From contig NC_058133.1 of assembly GCF_016433145.1 (NCBI RefSeq), forward strand, positions 371,824,761 to 371,888,760: 64,000 nucleotides of DNA, given 5' to 3'. Shown here one piece after another: positions 59,463-64,000 of this stretch. The stretch comes from Gracilinanus agilis. Taxonomy: Eukaryota. The translations under genes were made by a program, and so were the position numbers. Under the pieces are notes generated by a model that did not search any database, had not been told where the DNA came from, and saw only the letters and a program-made list of their open reading frames with translations. Every line of letters begins with the position of its first letter. The first letter of the stretch is position 1.

Positions 59463-60089
59463 CTAGGAACAAGAAATATTGCATTTTAGAATACTTTGAA
59501 AAGAGGAACTTAAATATCTAAGTGTCTTAAAAATGTAAATATAACAAATATTAGCAATTTTCAATTCAAAAGTAAAGTCATCTATAAATGCGAGCATTTT
59601 GTTCACTATTTTCTAGGGAGGGTCAGTGAGCAGTGACCAAGGGAGTCGGTTATGCCTAATTAAACATATCACTGCTGCTCCCCTATCCATGAATCTTTTT
59701 TCAGTTATTCAATAAAATTTCCTAATAGATTAAAAATAATTATTCTTACTTGGACCTAGCCCTGTTCCATTGGTTGGACTGAATAATTTCTGGTAGCCCT
59801 TTATACCTAAGGTACAGTCTCAGTTTACCCAGTTATGGTTCTATAAAATCAGTTAGATGCTCTCAGCTCCTCTCCTTGCTCCCAGTCTATGAATTCCTTC
59901 CAAAAGTGATCATTCAATTTCTTCTTGAATACATTTGATAATGTGGAACTTTATAATCTACAAAATAATATGTTTGGAATAGACAACCTCTTTACTATCC
60001 ATCCCACTTCTAATTTTCTCATTTAAAGAGGCAGCTCACTTCACTTTCTAACAGCCTGAATTGTTAGGAAATGCTTCCATTATGATGTG

Positions 60090-60320
60090 CAATGGTTTCA
60101 GTCCTATCTGACTCTTTGTGACCCCATCTAGGGTTTTCTTGGCAAAGATACTAGAATAGAGCCTTCTCCAGCTCAGATGAAGAACTAAGGCAAATAGGCT
60201 TAAGCAACTTTCCCAGAGTCACACAGCTAGTAAGTGTATGTCTGAGGCCAGATTTGAACTCAGGAAGATGAGTTTTTCCTGACTTCAGGCCTGGCACTCT
60301 ATCCACTGTACCGCTTACCT
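60090..60320 (-). mobile_element. Mar1-type SINE
   Basis: ttttcttggcaaagatact..gaggccagatttgaactcaggaag antisense. Confidence 0.75.
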
Positions 60321-60778
60321 GTCATATATAACTCCTTATATTGAGCTGAATTATGCTTTGATATTTCTCTTTCCCTCAGCAACTACACAAAATAAGTTTA
60401 CTGACATAATTTCATATCAGATAACTAATATTCTCCCCTATAAACTTCATGAAGGGAGGTAATATTTATTGTCTAAACTTCATACTTATCCCCTTTGTGG
60501 AGATTATATTTATGACCTCTGCATTCTGTAGGTGTTTCATAAATGGTCTGAATTGAACACTTTGTTGGTAAGGCAAAAGTGTTCCATAAATCATTGCTGG
60601 GCTCAGCTCTTTCTAAATGCTGTTCAGTTATTCTCACATGGTGGTTAATTTCCCATATGCTCAGCAGAGAAGATCAATAAGAAAATCAATGAATTAACAT
60701 TCAGTTTCTATATCCATTGCAAATGAAAACTATGTGTTAGCTTAAAAAACAGTATCTGGGGGAAGCTAGGTGGCTTCG

Positions 60779-60952
60779 TGGATAGAGAGTCAGGTCCAGA
60801 TATGGGAGGTCCTGGTTCATATCTGACCTCAGAATCTTCCTAGCTTTGTACCCTTAGGTCACTTAATCCTAAATGCCTGGCCCCTACTGGTCTTCTGCCT
60901 TGGAACTGATACTTAGTATTAATTCTAAGACAGAAGGTAAGAGTTTTTAAAA
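60779..60952 (+). mobile_element. SINE1_Mdo-type SINE (older)
   Basis: Head and tail present. Confidence 0.75.
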
Positions 60953-61294
60953 AATGTGATTTATGTTGTGTCAATACATACAATTTTTGTACTAATTTCC
61001 CTCTGTGAATTTCAAACATTATGAAATTCATTGCTCTTAAGCATTAATGCTTGCTGACTGAAAGCAAAACATAATAAAACTAACAACTAGTTAGCTTTAA
61101 CAATTGATTATATACAAGAAGCTAATTCATAAATGTTATCTGCTTTATATAAATTATGGTTTTTGGCCCCATCATATGTTATAAGCACTCGCTTTCAACA
61201 GAAGAATAAGGTCAGTAAGGGCATTTTATTAGATATGTGCATTGAGTTTCATTTATATCACATTTCAACTTAAAAGGAACACAGAATATCTTAC

Positions 61295-61412
61295 AATTAG
61301 TTTCTTAATGACTTGGTCTCTCTCTGCAAGCAAGGTTTTCAAGTCTGCAATCATCTGTAAATCTTCGGCTCTTGACTCTCTCTTCATATATTTTTCTTCC
61401 AAGTCTTCTAGT
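61295..61412 (-). CDS. FAM184A: FAM184A coding exon (coiled coil)
   Basis: LEDLEEKYMKRESRAEDLQMIADLKTLLAERDQVIKKLI; donor GTAAGA at 61294; acceptor ttttcataaaaAG (less certain). Confidence 0.88.
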
Positions 61413-63671
61413 CTTTTTATGAAAACATTAATGTCTTTAGTGTACTGATGACACGAGTAAAGAGTTTCCTTGCAATATCAACAATTTCAAAAGAGTGTAA
61501 CTGGATAATAATAGGAAACATTTATTTTCTTCAAAAACTTTAGCTTAATATTTTTATTTAATCAAGTATGAAATGGCCCGAGTTAAAAAAAAGCAACATC
61601 AATTTCATCAAAATATTTAGCTTAAAAATTTTGTAATGTAATGAGCAGTATTAACACAATCATTTTAAATAACACAAAAGCAATTGGGTAGTTATAGAGT
61701 GTGACTGGCCTAACAAACATGGGTTTGATATTTTAGAAGAATGCTTTTAGAGATAATTATTTTAAAAACTATCATTATATAAGATCTGGTGAAAGGCAGC
61801 ATGACACAGTGGTTAGAAAGTTGGCTTCTGTAGTCAGGAATTTCAAGTCCTGCTTCTGGACACTTGTTACCTGTGTAACTCAGACAACTGATTTACAACA
61901 TCTTAGTAAAGAACTTTCTAAGACTATATAAATTGCATCATAGCTGCCTAAAGACAATGGTGGAGGGAGTTCCCTCAATTGAAGCTCCTGCCATGAATGA
62001 CTCTATTTCCTCTCCTTTCCTGAAAAAAAGACTTGATAGAGCATGCAGGAGAAAAGAGAACAGACACAGAAAGGAGGGAAGCAGGGTAGAAACACACATG
62101 TGTACACACACATACGAAAACTGGCAGATTTTGAGCGTGTTGGCCACAGAATCTAAAGGACAGTTTAGAATGTAAGCTTAAAAATAACATTTCTTGTTTT
62201 AATAGAACATTAAGTTTGTTAACTGTTTGCCTTTAGTAGTAGAGTTCAAAAAAGTCTTTGGAAGTAGGGAAGAAATCTCCCAAATGTATTTACCCAATTA
62301 TTAATTGTGGAAAATTCAAATTACTACCTTGGATTGGAAGAAAAATAATTCTCATTTTTGATGGGTCCCTAATTTTGGTTCAGGTTTTCATTGGAAGTTA
62401 TGACTTAAAAGAGATAATAATTAAGCCAGTGAAGTCAATAAAATTAAAACTTAACCAGGATTTCATTATAGGCATTCTCAAAAAAAAGAGTTTAGAGATG
62501 ATGGCTGGCTTATTCCCAGTCAGAGTTACTACTCTGGTAGAGGAGATCAGAACAACCAAACACAAGGGGATTCTTCTACATTTTTCCTGAGATTTTACAA
62601 ACCTATCTTGGTGATCACTATATTACATGTAGGGGGACTTTCTTACCCAATGAATGGGGTAGAGGTAGGAACAGCAAAAGCTCTCCCCACTTTCTAGACT
62701 GCCTAGACAAGGTACAAATAAGCCTATATTTAGCACCTTTTACATGGATACTTTCTAGCCAACATCCAAGTGATTATCTGAAGTATGTTCTGATTGGCGC
62801 CAGAAGGTGTCACTGTAACATTCTTCATCACAAGAGCAAAACACATGACAAAGTAGGCTTCATGAAGTAGGACCAGAATATTGAGGAGGCAATGGTAAAA
62901 GGATATTAGTTTTTAAGTCTTATTTATATCCAAGTTTAGTGAAAAATCATTACAATCAGCTCAAAGTCCACTACACAAAATCAACTTGGCAGCATCATTA
63001 ATAAGCTAATTAGCAACAAAATAATTAAATAAAGAAAAGAGTTGGTTAAATAATGGAACATATAATAATTTTTAAACACAAATATGAAAATGCTAAAGAA
63101 GATAACATAGGCACAATGCCACAAACAGACATGCAAACATTTCTCCAGAATTATTAGGCCTTCAAAATTCCATCAGGAAAATAGAAGTCTTAGCCCTAGC
63201 ACATTTAACTACTGCCTACTTGAATTATCCTGACCTCATTTTATAACATTCTGTATAAATCCATTAAGAAAATATAGTATTTATTATAAGAAGTACACAG
63301 AAGTGCCCCTGAAACAAAGATTTTTATGAAAATCAAACAAAAAGAATTTTTAAAAGAGAGATTGTGTTTCTGATCCTTCTCATTAGGTCAGCTGATGAAA
63401 TCTCATTAAGCACACCTACATTTCTTTGTAATCCTAAGCAGACACTACAGTAATTAAATGCTGATGGATAACTCTTTAAGTAGAATAATACAAATATTTG
63501 AATTTTAGAAATAACCTGGGAAATTCTATCAAAAAGTTTGGAACTGACAAACCAAAATGTTATTTAAAACAAGCAAACAACTTTTCCCTATTATGGATGG
63601 TTAACATTTTTCTTTTTGAGGAGGACTGGGAGTCCAGACCTATAATGTTACAGGCATAGGTTCTCCTATTG

Positions 63672-63920
63672 GGCAGCTAGATGGATCAGTGGAGAGAATG
63701 TTGGGCCTAGAGTCAGAAAGACCTAAGTTCAAATCTAGCTTCAAACACTTACTGTGGGACCCTAAGCAAGTCACTTAACCTTTGTTTGCCTTGATTCACT
63801 GGAGAAAGAAATGGCAAATTACTCCAGTATCTTTGCCAAGAAAATCTCATGGACAGTACTGATTTGCTATAATCCACAGGATCAGAAAGATTTGGACAGG
63901 AGTGAGTGACTTAATAATGA
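63672..63920 (+). mobile_element. Mar1-type SINE
   Basis: gggcagctagatggatcagtgg head, CORE, ggagaaagaaatggcaaattactccagtatctttgccaag tail. Confidence 0.8.
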
Positions 63921-64000
63921 TAAGAAAGGATCTCCTAAGCCAGGAAACTTCCTCTAACAATGCAGATGGTTAACTATTCTGCAAATTATAGTCATAAGAG

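Noticed and set aside
1-64000. tRNA genes, rRNA, CRISPR arrays
   Set aside because: tRNA-like A/B boxes all belong to SINE heads; no rRNA or spacer-repeat arrays seen

Overview
This is eukaryotic, repeat-rich mammalian DNA. About 20 SINE1_Mdo-type SINEs, RTE-tailed Mar1-type SINEs, RTE LINEs and marsupial-type L1 3' ends point to a didelphid marsupial, most likely Monodelphis (inferred from repeat content). Two host genes are recognisable, both on the minus strand. One is the 5' end of MCM9: a CpG-island promoter at ~17.3-18.0 kb and the first coding exon at 10171-10477. The other is the 3' end of FAM184A: four coding exons at 52.2-61.4 kb, one of them cut by a 161-N assembly gap. This order matches the human locus. 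The MCM9 5' region carries a near full-length ~3.5 kb hAT transposon with a decayed transposase. The intergenic region holds a decayed RTE, two hAT MITEs, a Tigger1-like derivative, a 7SL retropseudogene, several solo LTRs and a 9.5 kb rearranged class I ERV complex (36.7-46.2 kb). The most unusual signal is in that ERV: a ~440-codon extension between the Gag zinc knuckle and the protease that contains a well-matching PAM2 (PABP-binding) motif, LNPQAKEFIP. Other notable items are a candidate frame-preserving poison exon in FAM184A, a candidate MCM9 5'UTR exon whose donor coincides with the hAT target-site duplication, and a short templated insertion inside a SINE. No rRNA, tRNA gene or CRISPR array is seen. 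Repeat family names and reference protein comparisons are from recall, not a database search, and many repeat boundaries are approximate.
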